From IMG/VR virus record IMGVR_UViG_3300042197_002147, positions 64,001 to 128,000 of that record: a stretch of DNA of 64,000 nt; one strand, 5' to 3'. Below the pieces are notes generated by a model. It was not told the origin of the DNA, did not search any database, and saw nothing but the letters and a program-made list of their open reading frames with translations. A program made the translations under genes and the position numbers. The stretch is from a virus. Position 1 is the first letter of the stretch; every line of letters begins with the position of its first letter. Positions 1 through 10,385 of the stretch are shown one piece after another.

Positions 1-28
1 AAAAGAAAAATAACTTTAGCAAAATTAT

Positions 29-760
29 ATGAGTGATGAAATTAATCCATATCCAGTAATAGAAAAGCATGACGGTTTTTATGTTGTTCGTGATGATTTG
101 ATTGAAGGCGGATCTAAAACAAGATTTATCCAGACTCTTATCAAAGAATCACAACAAAATGAAATGGTTTATGGATCTTCTCCTGCAACTGGTTATGCAC
201 AAATTGCACTTGCTAGAGTTTGCGAACACTTCAATAAAAAGTGTATATTGTTTATGGCTAAAAGAAAACCAGAGAATCTTCATCCTTACCAGTTGAAAGC
301 AATTAAACATGGTGCTATAATTCATGGTGTAGACAACGGTATGCTTACTGTAACACAGAAAAGAGCAAGAGATTATGTTGCTTTGGACAGCACCAATAGA
401 AAATTATTTCCTATTGGTTTTGATTGTCAAGAAGTAATTTTAGAAATTTGCGAATTAGCAAAGGATCTACCAATAGAACCAAAAGAAGTATGGACAGTTG
501 GTTCTAGTGGAACTTTAACAAGAGGTCTACAGATGGCTTGGCCAGATGCAGAATTTCATTGTGTTTCAGTTGGTCATAAGATGGGACAGAAGGAACTAGG
601 AAGAGCAAAAATGTACAAATGTGAAATTCCTTTCTTTGAAGCAGTTGATGCTGCTGATGCGCCTCCTTTTCCTTCTGCTCCCACTTATGACGCAAAAGCA
701 TGGAAGTTTATAAAAGAATATGCTTCACCCGGTGCATTATTTTGGAATGTGGGCGCATGA
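29..760 (+). CDS. PLP-dependent enzyme, fold type II (D-cysteine desulfhydrase/ACC deaminase-like)
   Basis: VRDDLIEGGSKTRF resembles the KRDD...GGNKxR PLP-lysine motif; VGSSGT phosphate-binding loop; PTYDAKAW C-terminal motif; stop overlaps the next ATG (ATGA 757-760). Confidence 0.7.
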   Translation: MSDEINPYPVIEKHDGFYVVRDDLIEGGSKTRFIQTLIKESQQNEMVYGSSPATGYAQIALARVCEHFNKKCILFMAKRKPENLHPYQLKAIKHGAIIHGVDNGMLTVTQKRARDYVALDSTNRKLFPIGFDCQEVILEICELAKDLPIEPKEVWTVGSSGTLTRGLQMAWPDAEFHCVSVGHKMGQKELGRAKMYKCEIPFFEAVDAADAPPFPSAPTYDAKAWKFIKEYASPGALFWNVGA

Positions 761-2334
761 AACCATTTTATGAAAGAAATGATTATCTTTTAAATCATAA
801 AATCAATGTTCTTTTTGAGGACATTGTTTCTATGAATGACTCGGAGTTTGAACAATGGGTAAAAGATATGCGTAAAGTTGTTCTTTATGCCTGGAATAAT
901 CACAATTGCCCACCCAGAACAGGTAAAAACGAAAATGATATTGTAGAAGAGTTTAACAAACTCACTGGATATCCTATTCACACATTTGAATTTATTGATG
1001 AGTTAACAGAAACAAAAGATGTAGTTATTAACAAATCTCGTCTTGGTGCAGAAGTAGATCAATGGTTTCCAAATATGTACAAGACTAGAATTAACTACAG
1101 TGAAAATGACACTGGTTATTCTATTTACGATTTGTTTGCAGATGACAAATATCTTCCAAGAATGATAAAAGGAACTCGTCGTCATATTCGTAGAGATTCG
1201 CTTTACACATTTGCTTGTTCTGCAATAAAGCATGACACTAAGTATGCAATTGTTTCTGTTGGAAGCGGTGAGGAATGGATGGATGCATACTTTAATAATC
1301 CATCAATTTTTAAGGATCACGATTTTATATTAGATCAGCACGATGATGAAGATGGTGTCAATACTGGTTATTATCAAATTGAACAATCAAAAATTCTTTC
1401 TTTAACAAAAGAACAGTTTTTAAAATGGAAACCAAAATTATCTTATCGTCACTATTCTACTTTTGATTCAGAAAATATTGAAGATGATAAGATTTTTAGA
1501 ATAAGAGTATATGAAAAGGGTCATAGAGTCTTTCCTAAATGTTTTCCTAGTTTTAGGATAGGTTATATTCAACCCGCAGTTAATTTTCCGCCACTAACGG
1601 CAAGGTATCTTTATGAAAAATTTACGGAATCTTTTTACACACAGAATCAAATTGTTATTTTCGATCCTTCTTCTGGCTGGGGTGGTCGCATTCTTGGTGC
1701 CATGTCTGTCAATGACAATCGAAATATTCACTATATCGGGACTGATCCTAACTTGGATAACTTCGATTCTAGTCTTGGTGATTCTGGTAAGTACGGTTGT
1801 GTTGCTGATTTCTACAATACTCGAACTTATAGAGGAAATTCGTTTTTCTCGTCCACAAATACTTACGAAATTTTTAAAGTTGGTTCGGAAGTAATTCACA
1901 AAGAAAACAATTTTCAGAAATATAAAGGAAAGATAGATTTAATTTTTACATCTCCTCCATATTTTAATAGAGAAGCTTATTCTGAAAATGAAAACCAATC
2001 TTATAAGAAATTCGATAATTACGATTCGTGGAGAGATGGATTTCTCAAGCAAACACTACAAACATGTGTTGAGTATTTAAAAAATCAACGCTATCTTTTA
2101 TGGAATATTGCCGATATACAAATTTCTGGTAAATATTTGCCTCTAGAAAAGGACTCTAGAGATATACTTGAAAGTCTTGGAATGAAATATGTTCAAACTA
2201 TAAAAATGGCAATGGAAGGGATGCCTGGTCAAAATCGTTTAGACGAAGATGGCAAACCAAAGTGCAAAAATTTTTGCAAAGTAAACGGAAACTATTTGAA
2301 ATTTGAACCAGTGTTTGTATACTATAAACCATGA
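757..2334 (+). CDS. Orphan amino (N4-C/N6-A)-type SAM-dependent DNA methyltransferase-like protein
   Basis: Motif I FDPSSGWGGR, GTDPN, catalytic FTSPPYF; start taken at the ATGA overlap (757) rather than ORF-track 700. Confidence 0.75.
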   Translation: MKPFYERNDYLLNHKINVLFEDIVSMNDSEFEQWVKDMRKVVLYAWNNHNCPPRTGKNENDIVEEFNKLTGYPIHTFEFIDELTETKDVVINKSRLGAEVDQWFPNMYKTRINYSENDTGYSIYDLFADDKYLPRMIKGTRRHIRRDSLYTFACSAIKHDTKYAIVSVGSGEEWMDAYFNNPSIFKDHDFILDQHDDEDGVNTGYYQIEQSKILSLTKEQFLKWKPKLSYRHYSTFDSENIEDDKIFRIRVYEKGHRVFPKCFPSFRIGYIQPAVNFPPLTARYLYEKFTESFYTQNQIVIFDPSSGWGGRILGAMSVNDNRNIHYIGTDPNLDNFDSSLGDSGKYGCVADFYNTRTYRGNSFFSSTNTYEIFKVGSEVIHKENNFQKYKGKIDLIFTSPPYFNREAYSENENQSYKKFDNYDSWRDGFLKQTLQTCVEYLKNQRYLLWNIADIQISGKYLPLEKDSRDILESLGMKYVQTIKMAMEGMPGQNRLDEDGKPKCKNFCKVNGNYLKFEPVFVYYKP

Positions 2335-3446
2335 AATCTGAAACTGAAGAGATTTTTTACGGCAAGCAACCGAATTGGAAGCATTGGAAGCCGGAAGATT
2401 ATAAAGATGAAGACAAAGTTTATTGGTCTATTGCTTTAGCATTAAATTGGTACAATACAAAATTTACAGACAGGGACTACAAAGCAAGTGTTATCGAATA
2501 CATGGAAAAAAATAAAATTCCAGGCGTCGATATGGTTGCCAAGGTTCCTGTTGATAATTTTACTTTTAGAGTTATTGGAGGAAAGTGTCAGGCAAATCTT
2601 TGTCATTGCATTTTACCAATAAAAATAAAAAATGCTGTAAAAGAAGGAATAGAACAACTAATTATTCTTGGCAAAACTCTAGAAACTACAAATACACCAA
2701 TTGTACCAGTTCGTGAAAGGGTTCGTCAGCAATCTTATGAACTTGGTAGCATTCTTGAACAAAAAATTGATGAATATGAAGAATATATTTTGGGTAAAAA
2801 ACCAAATTATAAACTTTTTAATATTGAAAATTGGATAAACGAAAACGAGCCAAGTGCCATGCATTGCGAGTTTTTACTTGAATGCTTTGAGAGAGGCACA
2901 AATGAATTTAAACTTGTAGTTGATGGAAAGGATGATCAACTAAAAGAAGCATATTCTTTTTTGACAAAAAAGCAAGCACAGAAAATGCACGACTTTTATA
3001 AGTCTATTTGCGATCATTTGAGAGTTCGTATTACTATTGCAAAAAGTAATCGTAAACCAAGAAAGAAAAAGAAAAAGAAACCAGAACAATTAGTCAAAAA
3101 GTTAAAATATTTGGTTAAAGATAACACCACAGGTATAGAATCAATACTTCCAGATTCTATTATTGGTAGTCAGACTGTTATAGTTTTTAACACAAAAACA
3201 AACAAAGCAAGTATGTTTAAGGCCGATTCAAATGGTTCGGGTTTGAGCGTAAAGGGTTCTACTATTATTGGTTTTAGCACCGAGTCAGTAGAAAAGAAAA
3301 TGAGAAAACCAGTTGAATTTATGACAAAGGCAAAAAGTGAAGGAATTCGTAGCATAAATAACTACTGGAAGTCACAAAAAACAAAAGAAAGTCAACCAAA
3401 AGGTAGAATTAACGCTCATACACTTATTCTTAAATCATTCAAATGA
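2331..3446 (+). CDS. Conserved T4-like phage hypothetical protein
   Basis: 371 aa ORF; basic RKPRKKK linker; C-terminal LSVKGSTIIGF...GRINAHTLIL pattern recalled from T4-like phage genes near rnh. Confidence 0.6.
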   Translation: MKSETEEIFYGKQPNWKHWKPEDYKDEDKVYWSIALALNWYNTKFTDRDYKASVIEYMEKNKIPGVDMVAKVPVDNFTFRVIGGKCQANLCHCILPIKIKNAVKEGIEQLIILGKTLETTNTPIVPVRERVRQQSYELGSILEQKIDEYEEYILGKKPNYKLFNIENWINENEPSAMHCEFLLECFERGTNEFKLVVDGKDDQLKEAYSFLTKKQAQKMHDFYKSICDHLRVRITIAKSNRKPRKKKKKKPEQLVKKLKYLVKDNTTGIESILPDSIIGSQTVIVFNTKTNKASMFKADSNGSGLSVKGSTIIGFSTESVEKKMRKPVEFMTKAKSEGIRSINNYWKSQKTKESQPKGRINAHTLILKSFK

Positions 3447-3766
3447 TTAATAAAACAGATAATTTAAGATTTGTTGGACCATATAAAAAATATGACGCGA
3501 ATGGTAAACTTATTGATTATAATATTGGCGATACCGTCGATTTTGATGGTATCTATTATGCCGCAACAAAAGAAATTCTAGGATTAAATCCTTTATCTAA
3601 AAATAGCGGTTGGGAAAAAGTTGGAGACATTGATCCGAATAGATTTTTTTCACAAACAACAGAACCAATTACTAAAAAGGTTGGAGATAGATGGCACAAT
3701 CCATCAACAAGTATAACATATACTTTGATAAAAGATAATAATGGTTATCATTGGGTAGAAATGTAA
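3443..3766 (+). CDS. Hypothetical protein (possible small carbohydrate-binding-like module)
   Basis: 107 aa; YNIGDTVDFDGIYY...W and PxxxxGDRW patterns; overlapping start/stop with the upstream gene. Confidence 0.45.
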   Translation: MINKTDNLRFVGPYKKYDANGKLIDYNIGDTVDFDGIYYAATKEILGLNPLSKNSGWEKVGDIDPNRFFSQTTEPITKKVGDRWHNPSTSITYTLIKDNNGYHWVEM

Positions 3767-3795
3767 TTGACATTTGAAAAAAAAATTGATATAAT
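3767..3795 (+). promoter_or_regulatory. Sigma70-type promoter for rnh (leaderless)
   Basis: TTGACA(3767-72)-17 bp-TATAAT(3790-95), perfect consensus; ATG at 3803. Confidence 0.85.
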
Positions 3796-3802
3796 TTTAA
3801 AT

Positions 3803-4648
3803 ATGATTTTGCTAGACAACAACCAAATAATTTTGGCAAACCTATTTCACACCGTGAAAACTAATACAGACATTAGTGAGGATTTGCTTCGCCATATGGT
3901 ATTGAATTCTTATCGTCTTCTTAGAAAACATTTCAAAGATGAGTACGGAGAACTCGTGATTTGTCATGATTCTTCGAATTCTTGGAGAAAGCAATATTTT
4001 CCACATTATAAGGCAAATAGAGCAAAGGCACACGCAAAGTCTGAATTTGATTGGGATGTAATTTATCAGACTTTGACAAAAATCCGCGATGAAATTCGTG
4101 ATGTTTTTCCATACAAAAACATGAAAATTGATCACACAGAGGCAGATGATATTATTGCAGTTTTGACTAAGAAATATCACGATAGAGAAAAAATTCTCAT
4201 TATTTCGAATGATAAAGATTTTCAACAACTTCAAAGATATCCAAATGTCTTTCAATATAGTACATTTAAGAAGCAATTGCTGAAGTGCGATAAACCGGAA
4301 TCATTTCTAATGGAGCACATTCTTCGTGGTGATTCCGGTGATGGGGTTCCTAATATATTGTCAGACGATGATGCTTTTGTTAACGAAGATAAGCGACAAA
4401 ACAGACTTACTCAAAAAGTAATGGAAGACATCGAAAGAAATATTTCTGTAATTTCTTCTACTAAACATGCAAGAAATTGGGATAGAAATAGAACTTTAAT
4501 TGATTTTGAAATGATTCCAATTGAAATTGAAGATAAAATTTGCGAAGAATATCTTAAACCATCGGTTGTAACAGATAGGTCCAAGGTTCTGTCCTATATG
4601 ATTACAAATCGTTTAAAGAACCTAATAGAGAATATAGAGGAGTTTTGA
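3803..4648 (+). CDS. rnh: T4-like RNase H / 5'-3' flap exonuclease
   Basis: MILLD start, WRKQYFPHYKANR, EADDIIA, ISNDKDFQQL, GDSGDGVPN motifs. Confidence 0.93.
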   Translation: MILLDNNQIILANLFHTVKTNTDISEDLLRHMVLNSYRLLRKHFKDEYGELVICHDSSNSWRKQYFPHYKANRAKAHAKSEFDWDVIYQTLTKIRDEIRDVFPYKNMKIDHTEADDIIAVLTKKYHDREKILIISNDKDFQQLQRYPNVFQYSTFKKQLLKCDKPESFLMEHILRGDSGDGVPNILSDDDAFVNEDKRQNRLTQKVMEDIERNISVISSTKHARNWDRNRTLIDFEMIPIEIEDKICEEYLKPSVVTDRSKVLSYMITNRLKNLIENIEEF

Positions 4649-4649
4649 T

Positions 4650-4838
4650 GTGAAAAGAGACTTTCACGAAAAAGACAATAGAGATCACACACCAAGAAAG
4701 GATCGTGGTTTTGTCCAAAGACAAAAGAAGTCAAAAAAGAATCAAATGAAAAATGATTTAAAGAATATAGTTGACAATATGAATTCTGGCAATTATAATG
4801 ACTACGATCTTGATTATCAAGATGATGAATGGAACTAA
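4650..4838 (+). CDS. Small hypothetical protein (basic N-term, acidic C-term)
   Basis: 62 aa GTG-start ORF filling the gap between rnh and gp45. Confidence 0.5.
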   Translation: MKRDFHEKDNRDHTPRKDRGFVQRQKKSKKNQMKNDLKNIVDNMNSGNYNDYDLDYQDDEWN

Positions 4839-4839
4839 T

Positions 4840-5529
4840 ATGACTACTACTACAAACGAAATTACATTAAGCAAAACAACACTTTCGATTCTTAAGAATT
4901 TTTCTACGCTCAATTCTAACATTCTAGTAAAGCCTGGTAATGTTCTTCAAACTATTACGCCTTCCAAGAATGGAATGGCAGAAGCAACTATTGAGGAGAC
5001 ATTTGATGTTGAATTTGGTATTTGGGATCTTAGTAAATTTTTGGGAGTTGTTAGTCTTTTCGCAACCCCGAAATTTGAGTTTGGTGAGAAGTCGGTTGTT
5101 ATTCACGGTGGTAATGGTTCTCGCGTTACTTACTTCTACTCTGAACCAAGACTCCTAACAACGCCTTCAAAGAAGGTAAATATGCCAAATATTTCACTTT
5201 CTGTTGATATTAGCGAAAAGACTTTTGCAGAACTACAAAAGGCTTCAGCAGTTCTTCAACTTCCTGATCTTTCATTTGTAAATGAAGGAGATCGCGTTAT
5301 GGCTGTTGTTTCGGATTTGCAAGATCCAACAACAAACAACTATAAGGTTGATGTTGGTGAAAATAAGTCTAGTTCAGATTTTAGTCTGAATTTTAAGATG
5401 GAAAACATCAAGATTCTTCCCGGAGATTATACAATTGAATTTTCAAAGAATATCGTTGGTCAATTTACCAATGAAACTCTGGATTTGAAGTATTGGTTTG
5501 CAATGGAGACTAATTCAAAGTTTAATTAA
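4840..5529 (+). CDS. gp45: Sliding clamp (T4 gp45)
   Basis: LSKTTLSILKNFSTLNSNILVKPG, FGIWDLSKFL, FKMENIKILPGDY; synteny with gp44/gp62/regA. Confidence 0.93.
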   Translation: MTTTTNEITLSKTTLSILKNFSTLNSNILVKPGNVLQTITPSKNGMAEATIEETFDVEFGIWDLSKFLGVVSLFATPKFEFGEKSVVIHGGNGSRVTYFYSEPRLLTTPSKKVNMPNISLSVDISEKTFAELQKASAVLQLPDLSFVNEGDRVMAVVSDLQDPTTNNYKVDVGENKSSSDFSLNFKMENIKILPGDYTIEFSKNIVGQFTNETLDLKYWFAMETNSKFN

Positions 5530-5530
5530 T

Positions 5531-6478
5531 ATGCAACACAAACAGAATGAATTTTTGTGGGTTGAAAAGTACCGACCCCAAACAATTAAAGATTGCATTC
5601 TCCCCGTGTCCTTGAAGAAAACTTTCGAGGACATGGTTGCTAAAGGAGAACCACAAAATCTTTTACTATCGGGTTCTGCTGGAACTGGAAAGACTACAGT
5701 TGCCAGAGCATTGTGTAATGATATTGGTGTGGATAATATCATAATCAATTGTTCAGAAAATGGTAATATTGATACACTACGAACTGATATTAGACAGTTT
5801 GCAAGTACAGTTTCTTTGTCTGAATCAAAGAAAACTGTTATTCTAGACGAGTTTGACTACAGCAATGCACAAAGTATCCAACCCGCACTTAGAGGTGCAA
5901 TTGAGGAGTTTTCAAATAACTGTAGATTTATCATTACTTGTAATTACAAGAATAGAATCATTCAACCGATTCATTCTAGATGTACTTGCATAGACTTTTT
6001 AATTAGCTCTGCTGATAAACCAGAGATTGCAAAACAACTTTTGGGTCGCTGTGAGTATATTTTAGACAACGAAAAGGTAAAGTATGATAAAAAGGTACTT
6101 TCCCAGCTAATTATTAAGCATTTTCCTGATTTCCGAAGAATAATCAATGAACTTCAAAGATATTCGGCATCTGGAGTGGTTGATGCTGGAATTTTAGCAA
6201 ATCTTAAAGACATAGAAATAAAGACCCTTATATCTGCAATGAAGATAAGGGACTTTTCTGGCGTTCGTAAATGGGTAGTAAACAATCTAGACAACTCTCA
6301 AACAGAACTGTTTAGAAAGATCTACGACAGTCTATACGAGTCCCTAGCACCATCAAGCGTCCCTGAAGCGGTTCTAGTGCTTGCAGAGTATCAATACAAA
6401 GCAGGGTTCGTAGCAGATCAGGAGATCAATACTGTTGCTTGCCTAACTGAATTGATGATGCGTTGTGAGTTTAAATAA
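5531..6478 (+). CDS. gp44: Clamp loader large subunit (T4 gp44, AAA+)
   Basis: LWVEKYRP, Walker A GSAGTGKT, Walker B ILDEFD, HSRC motif, FPDFRRIINELQ. Confidence 0.96.
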   Translation: MQHKQNEFLWVEKYRPQTIKDCILPVSLKKTFEDMVAKGEPQNLLLSGSAGTGKTTVARALCNDIGVDNIIINCSENGNIDTLRTDIRQFASTVSLSESKKTVILDEFDYSNAQSIQPALRGAIEEFSNNCRFIITCNYKNRIIQPIHSRCTCIDFLISSADKPEIAKQLLGRCEYILDNEKVKYDKKVLSQLIIKHFPDFRRIINELQRYSASGVVDAGILANLKDIEIKTLISAMKIRDFSGVRKWVVNNLDNSQTELFRKIYDSLYESLAPSSVPEAVLVLAEYQYKAGFVADQEINTVACLTELMMRCEFK

Positions 6479-6870
6479 TGGAACTTAAAGACTTTCTAAA
6501 TTCTATAAACCAGAATAAAAAGAATCTAATGGAAGAGGATCCTAATTGTGAGAGGGAATATCTTCCATATATTACGAATAGATGTCTTTCGTATTTCAAT
6601 GACACTATTTTTTATGCTAACCAAATGAATATTTTTAGTTATTTGGATAAAAGAATGCAATATGATTATTTACGATCAAAAATTGCAAAAAAGAATAGAT
6701 TTAGCAAGTGGCATAAAGCAGAAGAAAACTCAGATATTGATTTGGTAAAGGAATATTATGGATATTCCACTCAAAAAGCTAAAGATGCTTTGCGAGTTTT
6801 GTCAAAAAAAGATATCGAACAGATCAAAGAATTATGCAATAAAGGCGGCGCAAAAAAGGGAAAATCATAA
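6478..6870 (+). CDS. gp62: Clamp loader small subunit (T4 gp62)
   Basis: YLPYITNRCLSY...MQYDYL...RFSKW...VKEYYGYS; position after gp44. Confidence 0.92.
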   Translation: MELKDFLNSINQNKKNLMEEDPNCEREYLPYITNRCLSYFNDTIFYANQMNIFSYLDKRMQYDYLRSKIAKKNRFSKWHKAEENSDIDLVKEYYGYSTQKAKDALRVLSKKDIEQIKELCNKGGAKKGKS

Positions 6871-6873
6871 ATA
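6866..6873 (+). promoter_or_regulatory. T4-type late promoter-like box upstream of regA
   Basis: CATAAATA, one mismatch from TATAAATA. Confidence 0.5.
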
Positions 6874-6895
6874 TTATCAAAGATAGGGTAATATT

Positions 6896-7291
6896 ATGAT
6901 TGATGATATTTTTTCTGGGTTGGGAGTAGAAGTCAATTTAAAAAATAAAGAAGACTTCCTAAAAGTAAAAGAAACATTAACAAGATTGGGAGTTTCTTCA
7001 AAGAAAGAGAAGAAACTTTACCAATCTTGTCATATATTGCATAAGCGCGGAAGATATGCTATAATGCATTTCAAGGAAATGTTTATTCTTGATGGCCTTG
7101 AAAGTGATATTACATTAGAAGACATTCAAAGAAGAAATACAATTGTAAATCTTTTGAACGATTGGGGTCTTTTAGAACCAATTGATTCATCAAAATATGA
7201 AGACAGATTAAGTTTGGCTAGAATTAAAATTTTATCACACAAGGAAAAGAAAGACTGGGAACTCGTACCTAAATACCATATAGGTAAGTGA
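6896..7291 (+). CDS. regA: Translational repressor RegA
   Basis: DFLKVKETLTRLG, LYQSCHILHKRGRYAIMHFKE, WELVPKYHIG. Confidence 0.96.
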   Translation: MIDDIFSGLGVEVNLKNKEDFLKVKETLTRLGVSSKKEKKLYQSCHILHKRGRYAIMHFKEMFILDGLESDITLEDIQRRNTIVNLLNDWGLLEPIDSSKYEDRLSLARIKILSHKEKKDWELVPKYHIGK

Positions 7292-7316
7292 AATTTTTAA
7301 AGTGGAGATTTATATT

Positions 7317-8156
7317 ATGGAAAAAATGCAAGCTATTGGTGCCCCGTTTCCGATTGAATACTCATCCTGTTCGGATATAAAACCAAAATTATTCGAATGG
7401 ACGGAAAATAATTGTGATATAAAAGTTTTTATTGATGGTGCAATAGCACAAAATTTAAATTACAAGAAAAAAACAAACGAAAAGAAAATTGCGTGGGTTT
7501 GTGAATCCAGAGCAATATTTCATTCGTGGATGTTTCCAGAAGATCTATGGGAAAAAAATATCCAAAGAATTTCAAATTCTTTTGATACAATATATGTTTC
7601 TGATCGTCGGTGGTGCAAATATGCAGATAATATAAAGTTTGCATTTGCTGGTAGTAATGTTCCGTGGACAAAAGACAAAAAAGTTCATCATAAAACTAAA
7701 TCTACATCAATGATTGCTTCTCCAAAAATTATAACATTTGGACATAAGTTAAGACATGCGATAGCAACAAAACACGCCGATAAAATTGATGTATTTGGTG
7801 GAGCAAATGGTTCTAAAAGATTTGGAGATGGTGTTTGGCCAAACAAAGCAGAAGCAATGAATGATTATATGTTTTCGGTTGCAATCGAAAATGATAGTTA
7901 TACCACATATTTTACAGAAAAAATAACAGATTGTTTTGCTAGCGGAACAGTGCCAATTTATTGGGGAACTCCTGATATTGGTAACTACTTTGACAAAGAT
8001 GGTATCATAGAACTAACTCCAGATTTTGATTTTTCTTCATTGACAGCAGATCTTTATCAAAGTAAAATTTCAGCAATTAAAAATAATTTTGAAAAAGTAA
8101 TGACTATGGAACTTGCAGACGATGTTTTATTTAAATTAATTACCAATGAAAACTGA
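7317..8156 (+). CDS. Glycosyltransferase, GT10 (fucosyltransferase)-like
   Basis: YMFSVAIEND...YFTEKITDCFASGTVPIYWG motif. Confidence 0.8.
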   Translation: MEKMQAIGAPFPIEYSSCSDIKPKLFEWTENNCDIKVFIDGAIAQNLNYKKKTNEKKIAWVCESRAIFHSWMFPEDLWEKNIQRISNSFDTIYVSDRRWCKYADNIKFAFAGSNVPWTKDKKVHHKTKSTSMIASPKIITFGHKLRHAIATKHADKIDVFGGANGSKRFGDGVWPNKAEAMNDYMFSVAIENDSYTTYFTEKITDCFASGTVPIYWGTPDIGNYFDKDGIIELTPDFDFSSLTADLYQSKISAIKNNFEKVMTMELADDVLFKLITNEN

Positions 8157-8817
8157 AATTATTTCATTTTATTGTGATATAGATGGTTCAACATACTATA
8201 GTGATAATGCATCTCGTATTATCAATGAATGCGTTGACCTCAAGATACCATTTGATTTTAGAAAAATAAATTCACATGGTGATTATAGATTAAATTGCTT
8301 GCGAAAACCAAAATTTATACTAAGTGTTTTAGAGGAAAAAAAGAAACCAATAGTTTGGTTAGATATTGACTCTAAATTACACAAGACACTTGATGTTTTT
8401 GATAAGTTTGCGGAAATGAATGTTGATCTTGGTTTTGCATATTATGAAACTCAAAAAGAAAAAATAAATGTATTGCAACCAAAAGCATCACCCATATTTT
8501 GCAACTATAACGAAAAAGTAATTAACTTTTTAAAAACATGGTTGAATAAATGCGAAGAAACATTAAAATCTGAGGAGAGATTCTTTGATCATGAAATTTT
8601 AATGTTTAGAGTTTTACCTTTTTTTGTTAATCAACTTAAAATTGGATGTTTACCTTTGGCTTATTGTGTTTGGCCTGGTAGATGTCCCGTTGAAATAGAT
8701 CCATATATAACAATGGGTATTGCTGATGGGAAGTCAAAAGAAAAAAATATTCGTGAATTGGCCAAAAAAATTGGCATGAATGAAGATGGAATTTTATTGA
8801 ATTTGAACAGGATTTAA
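8146..8817 (+). CDS. Nucleotide-diphospho-sugar transferase-like (GT-A)
   Basis: KPKFIL...IVWLDID (DxD) and FFDHEIL motifs. Confidence 0.65.
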   Translation: MKTEIISFYCDIDGSTYYSDNASRIINECVDLKIPFDFRKINSHGDYRLNCLRKPKFILSVLEEKKKPIVWLDIDSKLHKTLDVFDKFAEMNVDLGFAYYETQKEKINVLQPKASPIFCNYNEKVINFLKTWLNKCEETLKSEERFFDHEILMFRVLPFFVNQLKIGCLPLAYCVWPGRCPVEIDPYITMGIADGKSKEKNIRELAKKIGMNEDGILLNLNRI

Positions 8818-8820
8818 AAT

Positions 8821-10380
8821 ATGAAAGCAATTATACAAAATGGAAACTATTTTTCAGATGAAATGAATTTTGATTTTCCATGTGAAGTTCATTTTACCAG
8901 ATTTGGTTTAAATTGGCATAGAGGGAAACCATTAAGAATAGCAAAAAGAGATGAAAGAAGAAACCAAGCACAAATAGATTTTGAGAACAATAATTCTTTT
9001 AAAATTTTTGTTTGTTCAAATGAACCTAGCTCATCTATGGCTAGAGAATTAAATGATGTAATAATTGATAACGCACACCAATATGATTTAATTCTTACAT
9101 GGGAATCAAATATAATTGAAAATACAGATAACTCTGTATTTTTTCCATATGGTGGAACATGGTTAAATAAAAAACAAAATTCACACGAAGACTCTCTTGG
9201 GTCGTTTGATGAATCTATTTTAGAAAAAGTTAAAAATAAAAAATTTGGAACTACTTTTTTAACTACGCATTTAATGTTTAAAGAAGGTTATGAAATTAGA
9301 AAAAAAATATGGAATTCTAGAGATAGCATACAAATTCCAACAAAATTTTATTCAAGTTCTAGAATGCCGACAAATGATGCAACTTCATATGACACAAAAA
9401 ACAAATATCTTTTTTCCAATACAGTACATGATGGTTTTTTGGAAAACGATGACAAAATAAATTTATTTGATCACCAATTTAATATCACCGTAGAGAGCAG
9501 CAAAGAAAATTCTTATTTTACTGAAAAACTAATAGATCCTCTGTTAACTAAAACTGTTCCAATTTATTGGGGTTGTGATAATTTAGATGAATTTTTTGAT
9601 ATAAGGGGAATAATAACTTTCAAAACATATGAAGAATTTTTGGAAAAAATTAATAAAATTGACGAAAATACCTATGAATCAATGAAACCATATATTGAAA
9701 AAAATTATAAATTAGCTCAAGAATATGGTAAATCATATTTTTCAAGAATAGAAAAAGAAATTGAAAGGCAGTATGATTTTTATTTTAATAAGAAAGATAT
9801 TCTATGGACAATAGGAATACTTACTGTCCCGGAAAGAAAAGATAAATTGAAAAACTTGTTAGAAAAAATTAATACAACTATTCCTTATTCTTTTAAACAC
9901 AGAATTGAAATTCTAATAAATGAGGATGAAAAAGAAAAAAGTGTCGGTGCAAAAAGAAATGAAGTATTATTGAAAGCAAATGGAAAATATGTTTCATTTA
10001 TAGATGACGACGATATGATCTCAAGTACTTATATTCCAAAAATTTGTAGAAAATTGGATAAAAATTTATATGATGGTATTGGATTTTGGGGTCTATATTA
10101 TGTAAATGAACAACCAACAATGTTTTTTAATCACGCTCAAAAAAATAATGGTCATTATAAAGATAGAACTGGTAAACAATACAGACCATTAAATCATTTA
10201 AATCCAGTTAAAACCGAAATAGCAAAACAAATAATGTATCCAGAAAAAAATTATGGAGAAGATTCTGATTATTGTGACAAATTACTATATTCTGGTTTAA
10301 TTAAGAGTGAATATAATTTTGAAGAAGTTATGTATCATTATTTGTGGTCCCAAGAATTAACTTTAACGCAAAAAGGATAA
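8821..10380 (+). CDS. Two-domain glycosyltransferase (GT10-like + GT2-like fusion)
   Basis: N-domain FNITVES...YFTEKLID...VPIYWG; C-domain GAKRN...YVSFIDDDD...GEDSD. Confidence 0.8.
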   Translation: MKAIIQNGNYFSDEMNFDFPCEVHFTRFGLNWHRGKPLRIAKRDERRNQAQIDFENNNSFKIFVCSNEPSSSMARELNDVIIDNAHQYDLILTWESNIIENTDNSVFFPYGGTWLNKKQNSHEDSLGSFDESILEKVKNKKFGTTFLTTHLMFKEGYEIRKKIWNSRDSIQIPTKFYSSSRMPTNDATSYDTKNKYLFSNTVHDGFLENDDKINLFDHQFNITVESSKENSYFTEKLIDPLLTKTVPIYWGCDNLDEFFDIRGIITFKTYEEFLEKINKIDENTYESMKPYIEKNYKLAQEYGKSYFSRIEKEIERQYDFYFNKKDILWTIGILTVPERKDKLKNLLEKINTTIPYSFKHRIEILINEDEKEKSVGAKRNEVLLKANGKYVSFIDDDDMISSTYIPKICRKLDKNLYDGIGFWGLYYVNEQPTMFFNHAQKNNGHYKDRTGKQYRPLNHLNPVKTEIAKQIMYPEKNYGEDSDYCDKLLYSGLIKSEYNFEEVMYHYLWSQELTLTQKG

Positions 10381-10385
10381 AATTT

